64,000 nucleotides of DNA, from contig JBJBEO010000001.1 of assembly GCA_047284725.1 (NCBI GenBank), positions 2,360,203 to 2,424,202 of the forward strand, written 5' to 3'. The DNA is from Synechococcus sp. (lineage in GTDB: Bacteria; Cyanobacteriota; Cyanobacteriia; PCC-6307; Cyanobiaceae). Under the pieces are notes generated by a model. That model saw only the letters and a list, made by a program, of their open reading frames with translations, ran no database searches and had not been told where the DNA came from. Below are positions 9,723 to 18,808 of this stretch, one piece after another; within the stretch, counting starts at the first letter, position 1, and the number at the start of each line of letters is the position of its first letter. The position numbers were made by a program, and so were the translations under genes.

Positions 9723-10910
9723 TCACTCAGCCAGGGAAGGAAGACCGAGGTGATCCATGAGGGCTGCAATCATCCGGCCATTGGCGGCAGGGAATGGATA
9801 ACCACGAAGATCCTGAGGGCGGACCCAACGCACGCACTGACTGGCCAGTGGCTGGGGGTCGCCAGAGAGCCATTGGCAGAGATGCACCACAAACCGAAGC
9901 TTTTTATGGCTGTAGGCATGCTCCATCGTGATCAGTGGCTTCCCGACCTCCACCTCGATCGCCAGCTCCTCCCGCAACTCGCGGCGAATGGTGGCTTCAA
10001 TCAGCTCGCCGGGTTCCTGCTTGCCTCCGGGAAATTCCCACATCCCCCCAAGAAGTCCTTCGTTTAATCGTTGATCAATCAGCACCTCGCCAGCCTGGTT
10101 GAGCACAACCCCCACACCAATCACCTGAAAGGGCAGATCGCGGGGAGTCTCTTTCAAGGGGTAGCGGTCAGGAGTGCCGCCAGCGTAGGCAGCACAGCGG
10201 CTCTGCCAGGGGCAACAGGAACAGTAGGGCGTGTGGGGTGTGCAGACGGTGGCACCGAGATCCATCAACGCCTGATTGAGATCCCTGGCGCGCGCTGGTT
10301 TCGCGTTCATCAACGCCTCACTCCAGCTCCAGAACAGGGCCTGATCACGCATCGGTGGGCGGGCATGGGCCATCAGGCGAGCCAGAACCCGTCGCACATT
10401 GCCATCGAGGATCGCCAGTGGGCTGTTGAAGGCCGACGAAAGAATGCCGCCCGCAGTGCTGCGGCCGATACCGGGCAACGCCAGCCATGTGTCCTCCTGC
10501 CGCGGCCACTGCTCTGGGGTGCATCGTGCAACCTGCTGCAGAAGCACACGGGATGAAGCATGCAACCGCCGCGCCCGGGAGTAGTAGCCGAGGCCCTGCC
10601 AGCACAACAGCACCGCCTGCTCCTCAGCACCAGCCAAGGTTTCCAGCGTCGGGAACCTCTCCATCCAGCGTCGCCAGTAAGGAAGCACCACCTGCAACTG
10701 GGTCTGCTGCAACATCACCTCGGCGATCCAGCACTCCAGGACATTGAGCTGCTCGTGTGGCGCCGGCCACCTGCCGTCCTTGGTGAACATCCAAGGCTTC
10801 AGCGCAGGATCCTTGCGGCCATGCACCTCCCACCAGGCCAACAGGGATTGACTGAGCTCAGGCGCTAGCGCGCTGACGTCGCGGTGTTCGGCGATGCTTC
10901 GTTGACCCAT
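9723..10910 (-). CDS. mutY: A/G-specific adenine glycosylase MutY with C-terminal Nudix (MutT-like) domain
   Basis: EVMLQQT, WQGLGYYSRAR, HhH LPGIGRSTAG, DGNVRRV, Fe-S motif CTPHTPYCSCCPWQSRC, and a Nudix box in the C-terminus. Confidence 0.95.
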   Translation of the reverse strand: MGQRSIAEHRDVSALAPELSQSLLAWWEVHGRKDPALKPWMFTKDGRWPAPHEQLNVLECWIAEVMLQQTQLQVVLPYWRRWMERFPTLETLAGAEEQAVLLCWQGLGYYSRARRLHASSRVLLQQVARCTPEQWPRQEDTWLALPGIGRSTAGGILSSAFNSPLAILDGNVRRVLARLMAHARPPMRDQALFWSWSEALMNAKPARARDLNQALMDLGATVCTPHTPYCSCCPWQSRCAAYAGGTPDRYPLKETPRDLPFQVIGVGVVLNQAGEVLIDQRLNEGLLGGMWEFPGGKQEPGELIEATIRRELREELAIEVEVGKPLITMEHAYSHKKLRFVVHLCQWLSGDPQPLASQCVRWVRPQDLRGYPFPAANGRMIAALMDHLGLPSLAE

Positions 10911-11190
10911 CAGGCAGCCACCCAGGCCTGATCACTGCCCAGACACTTTCCCGACAAGCCCAAGCATTGGCGACTCCAACGCATGGGATCCGGCACAGAG
11001 GGCAAGCACCGTTCCATCTCGAATTGATCTGCACAATCGCATCAGCCTGCCGCCATCGTGATCGATGGAGCAAAGCAGCCGTGCGAGGAATGATTGATCC
11101 CCTCAGGGCTGGGCTCACTGCAAGCACCCTCGTTGCTGAACCAGCCACGTCCCTGGATAGGCTCACCGCCCTTGAAACCAAGATCTTTCG

Positions 11191-12135
11191 ATGTCTGCAG
11201 ACAGCAAACAGCTACTCAAACGCTTGGCTGTGGACCTGGCAAAGCTGTGCAGGAATCCCGAGGATCTTGATCACACATTTGATCTTCTCAATGCCAGCTA
11301 TAGAACCGAAGTGGCCCAGGCTGCCCGTAATCGCCTCAAAGCCAATCCGGCCATCAGAGATCTCATTCAAGAAAAATACTGGGGCCATTGGCCCTCAATC
11401 CCAGAGCTTCAATCCATGCCTGTCGGCTCTCTAGGACATGTGTATGGGACGTTCATGGCATCACAAGGCCTCACCCAACTGCCTGATCCCGAACTGAATG
11501 CTTCGGTGTCATGTGACGACACCTACCTCCAACGCCGAATTCGCCAAACCCATGACATTTGGCACGTGATTGCCGGACTACCGATCACGATTGCAGGTGA
11601 AGCAGCAGCCAACGGACTGACCACCGAGCAACTGCGCTGGCCAGGAATCGCTCTGTTGATCAGCGCCGACCTGATCCATCGCGTCAGTGAACCGGAGATG
11701 GCCCAGAGCCAGAACGATCCCAACAGAGTGGATCTCGGCATCGCAGTCGCCTACGGCCTCAGCATCGGGGCCCAAGCGCCATCGCTCCTCGCCCAGCGTT
11801 GGGAAGAAGGATGGAATCGACCACTGAAAGAGTGGCGACAGGAACTGGGACTCAGCGACCTCATCGCGCACAGCCCTTTTCCACCGCTAACCGGTGACAG
11901 CACAGAACAACACACGGCATCAATTGTGGGCAGCTGGTGTTTAGAAAGCCTCTGCATTCGCCATCCAGAGACGGCTGAGAACATTCCCATCTGGGGAGAG
12001 AAGCCGCTTGGTCAACTCACGTATACGGCCGATGGACGCATGAGCGCAGTGCTCTGCAAAGCCGGACAAACCACGCGTCACGCCAGCGGTGGTGCCACCA
12101 ACAATGACGAGCAGGCATCGCTGTACCGGCACTGA
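11191..12135 (+). CDS. Coq4-family protein fused to an apparently truncated lipocalin-like domain
   Basis: PVGSLGHVY and HDIWH-x11-E Coq4 metal motif. The C-terminal IVGSWCLESL...GEKPLGQLTYTADGRMSAVL resembles the start of a Lipocalin_5-type domain. Confidence 0.75.
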   Translation: MSADSKQLLKRLAVDLAKLCRNPEDLDHTFDLLNASYRTEVAQAARNRLKANPAIRDLIQEKYWGHWPSIPELQSMPVGSLGHVYGTFMASQGLTQLPDPELNASVSCDDTYLQRRIRQTHDIWHVIAGLPITIAGEAAANGLTTEQLRWPGIALLISADLIHRVSEPEMAQSQNDPNRVDLGIAVAYGLSIGAQAPSLLAQRWEEGWNRPLKEWRQELGLSDLIAHSPFPPLTGDSTEQHTASIVGSWCLESLCIRHPETAENIPIWGEKPLGQLTYTADGRMSAVLCKAGQTTRHASGGATNNDEQASLYRH

Positions 12136-12947
12136 TAGTCACCCTTTTCAGATCCGGACTGATGGCGTCCCAGTTGATGTCTCGCACCGCCTGGAGGAGA
12201 GCAGCAGCCAGCTGATTGAGGTTGGCCTCTGCCTGTGTCTCGTGGTCCACCAGTTCCACCATGATCAGAAACTCTTCTCCGCCCCAGCGGCAGATCAGGT
12301 CACGAGCCCGTAACCGAGATTTCAACGTTGCCGCAATCTGGATCAGAACCTGATCGCCGATCAGATGGCCAAGCGTGTCGTTGATCGCTTTGAAAAAATC
12401 GATATTCAGCAGGATCAGACCACTGCATTGAGCACTGATCTGGCGCCGTTTCAGTCGCAAACCACGTCGGTTAAGCATTGCCGTCAGGGGATCGAGGATG
12501 ACGGCCTGTTGACCCAGCAACAGCGGCGTGAGTGAGAAAAAAACCAATCAGACCATGAATACTGGCTCGACTTTCACCCAGCAGAATCAAGCAGCCCAGC
12601 AGCAGCGGTAGATAAAGCAATCCACTCACCACATTGATGAATGCCGTTTCGGGGTCAGGGACAGCCCAGATCGCCAACCAGCGGAGACAAGCCAGCAAAC
12701 TCAGGATGTTGCAAATCAGGCGTGACCGACTCAGGTGTGCCGCCGGTGACCCACGACCGAACCTCCACAGCAGATAAGCAATTGAGGTGACAACCAGCAA
12801 GACGAGCTCCCAGAGTTCGCGCCGGTTGCCTCCTACGAAGCCGGAGATCACCATCAGGAGGTGAACTCCTGTCGCCATCAGGCAGAGCAACCCTGTGTAC
12901 TGGTCACCCAGGCATTCGATGGAGTCTTCGGAGATCTGCGGAATCAA
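12017..12947 (-). pseudogene. Membrane-anchored GGDEF protein, frameshifted and probably 3'-truncated
   Basis: The hydrophobic N-terminal ORF 12471..12947 joins the GGDEF ORF (DPLTAMLNRRG, RWGGEEF, VTISAG) if one T is removed from T7 at 12537-12543. The domain ends abruptly after VTISAG. Confidence 0.75.
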
Positions 12948-13107
12948 GGACCGCGTAAGGACCGGACAGCTCGAATCAGTGTGTTCAGCGAGTCACAGTC
13001 ATCCTTTAACGATGGATAGAAGCTGTGAACCCACGACTCCCCCAGAGCCCTCTCCAGCACAACAGCCACCAGGCCACTGCAGCTGACAAGCAAAAACGCC
13101 GAGCGCC

Positions 13108-13644
13108 ATGCCCTCAACAGAACGCACCAAACCCAGCCGACTGGAACGCAGCTTCGAACGATTGATCTGGCATTTCCGGCTTATCACACTGATCCCCGTG
13201 GTGATGAGCTTGCTGGGCAGCGTGAGCTGCTTCGTGATTGGTACGTATGCCGAATTGAGCGTGCTCAGGCAGGTGATCCAAGGCCAGTTCAGCCACACCA
13301 GCAGCACCCTGCTGATCGGCAAAGTGGTGGGCGGCATCGACTACTACCTGATCGGGATTGCACTGCTGATCTTCGGCTACGGCATCTACGAGTTGGTGAT
13401 CTCCGACATCGATCCCCGCCAACAGGATACCTCCGCCGTTCGACGCAATCTGCTGAGCATCGAGTCTCTCGACGGCCTCAAGCAAAAGCTCACCAAGGTA
13501 ATCGTGGTCGCCCTGATCGTGACCGCTTTCAAATTAATGGTGAGCTTTGAAGTCAGCACAGTCAGCGAATTGCTGATGTATTGCGCAGGCGTGTTGATGC
13601 TGGCCTTCAGCGCCTGGCTGATCGGCAAAATCGAGAAGCACTGA
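13108..13644 (+). CDS. YqhA/UPF0114 family membrane protein
   Basis: Four TM helices with IDYYLIGIALLIFGYGIYELVIS and SLDGLKQKL motifs. Confidence 0.85.
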   Translation: MPSTERTKPSRLERSFERLIWHFRLITLIPVVMSLLGSVSCFVIGTYAELSVLRQVIQGQFSHTSSTLLIGKVVGGIDYYLIGIALLIFGYGIYELVISDIDPRQQDTSAVRRNLLSIESLDGLKQKLTKVIVVALIVTAFKLMVSFEVSTVSELLMYCAGVLMLAFSAWLIGKIEKH

Positions 13645-13674
13645 CCTGGGCAAGCGGCAGGTGGACGCTCAGGC

Positions 13675-15489
13675 TCAACCCTCAAGGGAACGCCGCAGCA
13701 AACGCCACTGCCGCAAATGACTGCGCCTCTGGTGAGGCGAGAGCGAGGCATGAAGCAACAACTGCTGGTGATCGGCCATGGCCAGAAGCGGCTCAGCCCG
13801 ATCGGGATGCATGGCAGCAGCTCTCCGGCAAAGCTGGGGGAAGGTTTCACCTTGCTCCGGCTCCACACCAAGTCGCGCAAGCGAGCGCAGGGATCGTTGC
13901 AGTGGCTGCTCCAGCCATGGGCTGAAGGGGAGCAGCGCTGCAAACCGCAACGGCCATGCACCACGCAGCAGCCACCACCCGAGCCATACCGCCGGCACCG
14001 CAATGGCCAGCGCCATCAATCCCCACCAGCGCTGCTGCTCACCAAACAAGGAACGCAACCATGCTTGCTGGCTGGACTGATCAAAACTGAGCCACCAACG
14101 GGTCCAGGCCAGATCGAGGCCCCACCACTGCCATTGCAGCCACTGCCACCAGCGAACTGACTGCGAACCCGTCCCAGCCACCACCGATCCTGCTGCGGTC
14201 GTGACCTCGGAGCGCGTGCCACCGCTGTCGCTGTTGATCCAGGTGGTGGGATCGACGCGCTGCCAGCCCGCCCCGTCCAGCCAAACCTCGACCCAGGCGT
14301 GGGCATCGCTCTGTCGCAAATCGAGGTATGCGCTACCGCTGAGGGGATCCACCCGCCGGCCGCCTTGGTAACCACTCACCACGCGCGATGGCACATCCGC
14401 AGCGCGCATCAATGCCGCCAACGCGCCGGCGTAATGCCCACAAAAGCCCAGCTGACGATCGAACAAAAAGGCATCGAGATCATTGATGCCACCGGGTTGA
14501 AGGCTGTAGCGAAAAGGCTGGCTGCGGAACCAGGTCTCCGCTGCGCGCAAACGCGCATCGCTTGTCGGAAGCTCACGCCACGGTGCCGCCAGACGGCGCA
14601 GACGTGAGAGTCCCCGGCGCGGCAACTGCAGATCGTTTGGCAAGGGCGAGCGCTGCTGCCAAGTCTGTTGCCCCCCCCCGGCCTGGAGCCGATAGGAACG
14701 TCGCTGGCGGGACGAGCCCCCCACCAACAACTCCCCTTCAGGCGTGATCCACTGATCTGCGGCCGTCGGCAGGGCCGCACCATCCCAGGGCACCGACCGA
14801 ATCGCGGACGGTTCCACCGACCACCATTGGTTCGGGGCCACGTCAGACACCAACGACGGGGCAGGCCGCAAAGACGTCGTCGGCTCGCGGTGCTTCCAGC
14901 GACGACCATCAAACTGGTCATGCACCAGCACCCGCCAATAACCCTCTCGAGGCAGATCGCCCTCAGCGACCATCACGCGGGCCGCTGAGCCGTTCACTTG
15001 CGCCAAAGCCACGATGCCGAGCGGATCCAGATCTGGTGAAAGGCCGGTCACCGCACCGCGGCTTGGGCCCAGATCCACCGTCCACAAAGGAGGAATCCGT
15101 GGCACAAACAGAAACAACACCAAGGCCAGGGGCAGGGCCGCCAGCAGCAGTTGCAGGCTGCGGCCAAGAAGACCTCGGAGCGACACCAGACCACCCAGCT
15201 CATGGGCGAGCAAGCCCCCCAAGGCCAGAAGCACCGACACCGCCTGCAGCACCGTGGCCAACAAACCCTGGAGCTGGGCCGCGAGCAATCCAGCCGACAG
15301 CACCTGCAGCAAAACCACCAAACGACGATCAAAGGGTCGGCGGCACTCGCGCAATTTGAACAGGACACAGCCCACCAATGCCCATGTGGGCCAGGTGAGC
15401 GCCGCAGAGCCGTTCAGAGCCAGACACTGCAGCAACAGCGGCACCAATGCCCACCAGGCGAGCGACGATCCAGCCAACAGACGTTTCAT
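13675..15489 (-). CDS. Transglutaminase-like membrane protein (TgpA/DUF3488 type)
   Basis: Hydrophobic N-terminus, GFCGHYAG catalytic Cys, HAWVEVW and DPT. The ATG at 15489 overlaps the upstream DUF58 stop (ATGA). Confidence 0.88.
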   Translation of the reverse strand: MKRLLAGSSLAWWALVPLLLQCLALNGSAALTWPTWALVGCVLFKLRECRRPFDRRLVVLLQVLSAGLLAAQLQGLLATVLQAVSVLLALGGLLAHELGGLVSLRGLLGRSLQLLLAALPLALVLFLFVPRIPPLWTVDLGPSRGAVTGLSPDLDPLGIVALAQVNGSAARVMVAEGDLPREGYWRVLVHDQFDGRRWKHREPTTSLRPAPSLVSDVAPNQWWSVEPSAIRSVPWDGAALPTAADQWITPEGELLVGGSSRQRRSYRLQAGGGQQTWQQRSPLPNDLQLPRRGLSRLRRLAAPWRELPTSDARLRAAETWFRSQPFRYSLQPGGINDLDAFLFDRQLGFCGHYAGALAALMRAADVPSRVVSGYQGGRRVDPLSGSAYLDLRQSDAHAWVEVWLDGAGWQRVDPTTWINSDSGGTRSEVTTAAGSVVAGTGSQSVRWWQWLQWQWWGLDLAWTRWWLSFDQSSQQAWLRSLFGEQQRWWGLMALAIAVPAVWLGWWLLRGAWPLRFAALLPFSPWLEQPLQRSLRSLARLGVEPEQGETFPQLCRRAAAMHPDRAEPLLAMADHQQLLLHASLSPHQRRSHLRQWRLLRRSLEG

Positions 15490-16343
15490 GCGGTGGCCAG
15501 CGCCTCCAGACAGGCATCGCGGTGACGCACCCCCTTGGCTGCCGCCAGGTTGATGGACGCCAAGCGAAGCCCATAACACTCACCACGGTGATGCAGGCGC
15601 CAGATCCGATCGGCCAGATGCTCCAAGGCCTGCTCCGTGGGAACCCCAGGGGCGGGTTCGAGCATCGTTTCAGGCTCAACCGGGTCTGAAAACAGCTTGG
15701 CCTGCAACGGTTGACCTTTGGCGGCACCACGCCAATCGATCATGGCCAGGCGCTCTCCCTCCCGCATGGGGCGCAGGTCATGCCATTCCTCCAACCCGTC
15801 ACGCGCCGCCGCTGGCTTCGATTCACCCACCGGTCCCGATCGACGGCGAGGCCAGATCAACTGAGGCGCCTCCGGAAGCCATCGACTCCAACAGATGAAC
15901 AGCCCCAGAGGTGCGATCGTTTCAATCTGAAGTTGTGGAGGCTGTTGCCATCCCCGCTGAGAGGGTGACCAGGGCAGCACGACCCTGGTCACACCAACAG
16001 GGATCCGATCACAGACCACCATCGGCTCACCCCGCAGCCGACATTGAAGGCGGGGGCGCCGCTGCTGACTCTCAAGCAACACCGGATACATCGCCGTTTC
16101 ACCGGCGAACGCCGGTCCTGGCTGGCCGCACCGCAGTTGCAACCCCTGAAGGCTGTCGTGGGTGAGATGCATCGCCAGAAACATCACCGCCAGCAAGACA
16201 AATCCAAGGAGCAGAGTGCTGTTACTGCCGGTCTGGATCGCCACCAGCAGCAATAGACCCGATGCCGCCAGCCACAACGCACCAAACCGACTGGGGATGA
16301 TGTAAAGACTGCGCAGCCCCAGCGTGAACTCAGCGGAGGGCAT
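15486..16343 (-). CDS. DUF58 domain protein
   Basis: PLGLF, EWHDLRPMREGE and IDWR motifs; lies between MoxR and the transglutaminase gene. Confidence 0.85.
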   Translation of the reverse strand: MPSAEFTLGLRSLYIIPSRFGALWLAASGLLLLVAIQTGSNSTLLLGFVLLAVMFLAMHLTHDSLQGLQLRCGQPGPAFAGETAMYPVLLESQQRRPRLQCRLRGEPMVVCDRIPVGVTRVVLPWSPSQRGWQQPPQLQIETIAPLGLFICWSRWLPEAPQLIWPRRRSGPVGESKPAAARDGLEEWHDLRPMREGERLAMIDWRGAAKGQPLQAKLFSDPVEPETMLEPAPGVPTEQALEHLADRIWRLHHRGECYGLRLASINLAAAKGVRHRDACLEALATA

Positions 16344-17232
16344 TGACAGAGCGCAGGAGAGCGGTGCTCAGCGGAGTGCCTGATCCGGACACACAACCAG
16401 CATCAAGGCGATGCTCCGCCACCGCAGGGAAGACAGCCTGAACATCGTCGATCACAACATGATCACGCCCGGCCAGCAACGCCCACGCCTGCGCAGCGGC
16501 GAGCAGACCCTGACTGGCCCGGGGAGACAGACCACCCGGCCTCTGACGACTGGCATGCACAACATCCAGGACGTAATCGATCAACGCGGGTGAGCAATGC
16601 AGCGTGCGGCAGTGCGCCTGCAACTTCTGCAGCGCAGCACGATCAAGAGACGAAACCACCCCAGCCACCTGGTTGGAACCACCACGCAAGAGCTGCCGCT
16701 CTGTGGTGCGATCAGGGAATCCGAGGCGCAGACGCATGAGGAAACGATCCAACTGCGCCTCAGGCAGTGCACTCGTGCCGACCTGATCGAGGCTGTTCTG
16801 GGTGGCAATCACAAAGAAAGGCCTGGGCAGATCATGGCTTGTGCCGTCCACACTCACGCGACTCGCCGCCATCGCCTCGAGAAGAGCGCTCTGGGTCCGC
16901 GGACTGGCCCGGTTGATCTCATCGGCCAGCAAGACCTGGGTGAACAAGGGTCCGGGCTGAAAGCGAAAAGAGGCCTCCCCGGCATTGAAGACGTTGATTC
17001 CGGTGAGATCCGCAGGCAGCAGATCACTGGTAAAGCTGACACGTTTGAACTGAAGTCCGAAGGCACGCGCCAGCGCCTCCGCAAGGGTGGATTTCCCCGT
17101 ACCGGGGCGATCTTCCAGGAGCAGGTGGCCGCCGGCCAGCAAGCAACTGAACGCCAGCCGCACCTGCTGCTCCTTACCAAGGAGCACGCAGTCCACGCTA
17201 TCAATCAAAGGCAGCAGATCTTTTGAAGTCAA
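16330..17232 (-). CDS. MoxR family AAA+ ATPase
   Basis: HLLLEDRPGTGKS, DLLPADLTG, LLADEINRASPRTQSALLEAM and LPEAQLDRF. Confidence 0.95.
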   Translation of the reverse strand: MTSKDLLPLIDSVDCVLLGKEQQVRLAFSCLLAGGHLLLEDRPGTGKSTLAEALARAFGLQFKRVSFTSDLLPADLTGINVFNAGEASFRFQPGPLFTQVLLADEINRASPRTQSALLEAMAASRVSVDGTSHDLPRPFFVIATQNSLDQVGTSALPEAQLDRFLMRLRLGFPDRTTERQLLRGGSNQVAGVVSSLDRAALQKLQAHCRTLHCSPALIDYVLDVVHASRQRPGGLSPRASQGLLAAAQAWALLAGRDHVVIDDVQAVFPAVAEHRLDAGCVSGSGTPLSTALLRSVNALR

Positions 17233-17377
17233 AGCGTCAGTCGATCAGTCCATGACGGAGAAATAGATGAACAGTATGGCGAAATAAACAACACAATGAG
17301 CCGGTGAGCCGGCGAAAAGGCGTTCAGAACGAGCAATGCACCACACGACCGATCGCCAATCAAATACTGTATTGAGC

Positions 17378-18808
17378 CTACCTGATCCCACTGTCATCAA
17401 TGGAAACTCGATTTCTACCAAGCTTCTTGGAGCGATAGAGCTCATGATCAGCAGACTGAATCGCAGAATCCATTGACATCGAACGAGTATTGGGGGCGTA
17501 ATAACCTCCGCCACTGATTGTGATCAGGCCAGACGCGACATAGCGATGGTCGATCGAAAGAGACTCAACAGAAACACGTATTTGCTCGCAGAGATCCACA
17601 AACTTTTCAGCAGAGAGGTCATACATCACGAGCACGAATTCCTCTCCGCCATAGCGGTAGACATCATCCAAAGGCCGCCGTAATTGCCGGGAAAAGGCCT
17701 TCGCCAAATCACGCAGGACGTGATCTCCTTTTGCATGACCGTAACCATCATTGTACTGCTTAAAGTGATCAACATCAATGACCAAAACTCCAACTGGACA
17801 CTTTGCCCGTGCTGCCTGCTGCCAGGTTTTTGTGCCATACAGCTTGAGAGCCCGACGATTCCCGATCTGGCAAAGGGGATCCGTCATCGAAAGATCATTA
17901 AGCATTTCACAAGCAGCAATCAAACGGTCGAGAAGGGAGACCATCGCTTTTCTCAGCGACTGGATTTCAGTAGACCCACGAGTCGACTGATCAAGCCTTT
18001 TGACAGCATTTTGAAGTGCGGCAACACTTTCGGTGGTGCCGGATTCGACATCAAAAGCGGGCACACTGGTGGCAATAATGGAGATCGATTCGAGTGGCCT
18101 CACAATTGTTCTCCGATACACAAGAGAAGAGGAGGCCATCGCCACCAAAGAAGCGAGAATCAGAGCCAGAATCAGAATCTGCTCATAAAAAACCTCAGCC
18201 TGATCCAATTCTTTCTCAACATCAATGGACAGCTGATTGAGACTTAAATGGGAAGACAGAAGATTTTGTTGCACACTACGCAAGTCTGCCAATGGGTATT
18301 GCTGAAGCAAGGCAAGGCCGTCAGCACGAGTCAGTTCACGATTGGTTCGTAGCAGTGCAGACACAACCCGTTCTGCACGCAAGATGCGCAGATGGGCCGA
18401 ATCAAATTCCTTGGTGACTGGCAGCGGCAGACGATCGTCTAGTCGCCTGGCAGAGCTGAAGTAAAATTCAGTTGAAAGAAGCTGGAGCTGTTTATTCAAA
18501 TCAGCGATCATCTCTCGAGCCGGGATCTTGACATCCCCAGAAGCAAGAAGAAATTCCTCCTTTGAACGAGAAATTTCTGCCAATTTTGTCGTCAGATGAG
18601 CAATATGATCTTCTTGTTCAAGAACGCCACCGAGCTGCTGCCTCAAGCCCTGAGTCGCAAACCACGAGACCCCTTCAATCAATGCCAGTGAAGAAACAAT
18701 GATAATGATCGTAATGAGCTGAATGTAAACAACAAGACGCCCCGCATTATTGGACGAATCTCGAAACTGTCGCCAACGATGCCTGAGGCTGAGAGGCAAT
18801 GCGCTCAT
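17378..18808 (-). CDS. Membrane diguanylate cyclase (two TM, periplasmic sensor, GGEEF domain)
   Basis: Two TM helices, DPLCQIGNRR, DVDHFKQYNDGYGH, I-site RPLD, RYGGEEF and ADHELYRSK. Confidence 0.92.
   Translation of the reverse strand: MSALPLSLRHRWRQFRDSSNNAGRLVVYIQLITIIIIVSSLALIEGVSWFATQGLRQQLGGVLEQEDHIAHLTTKLAEISRSKEEFLLASGDVKIPAREMIADLNKQLQLLSTEFYFSSARRLDDRLPLPVTKEFDSAHLRILRAERVVSALLRTNRELTRADGLALLQQYPLADLRSVQQNLLSSHLSLNQLSIDVEKELDQAEVFYEQILILALILASLVAMASSSLVYRRTIVRPLESISIIATSVPAFDVESGTTESVAALQNAVKRLDQSTRGSTEIQSLRKAMVSLLDRLIAACEMLNDLSMTDPLCQIGNRRALKLYGTKTWQQAARAKCPVGVLVIDVDHFKQYNDGYGHAKGDHVLRDLAKAFSRQLRRPLDDVYRYGGEEFVLVMYDLSAEKFVDLCEQIRVSVESLSIDHRYVASGLITISGGGYYAPNTRSMSMDSAIQSADHELYRSKKLGRNRVSIDDSGIR

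Noticed and set aside
9565..9753. 62-aa ORF after the arginase gene
   Set aside because: Overlaps both neighbours and has no recognisable features.
13675..17232. MoxR-DUF58-transglutaminase operon as a new system
   Set aside because: A widespread, previously described gene trio.
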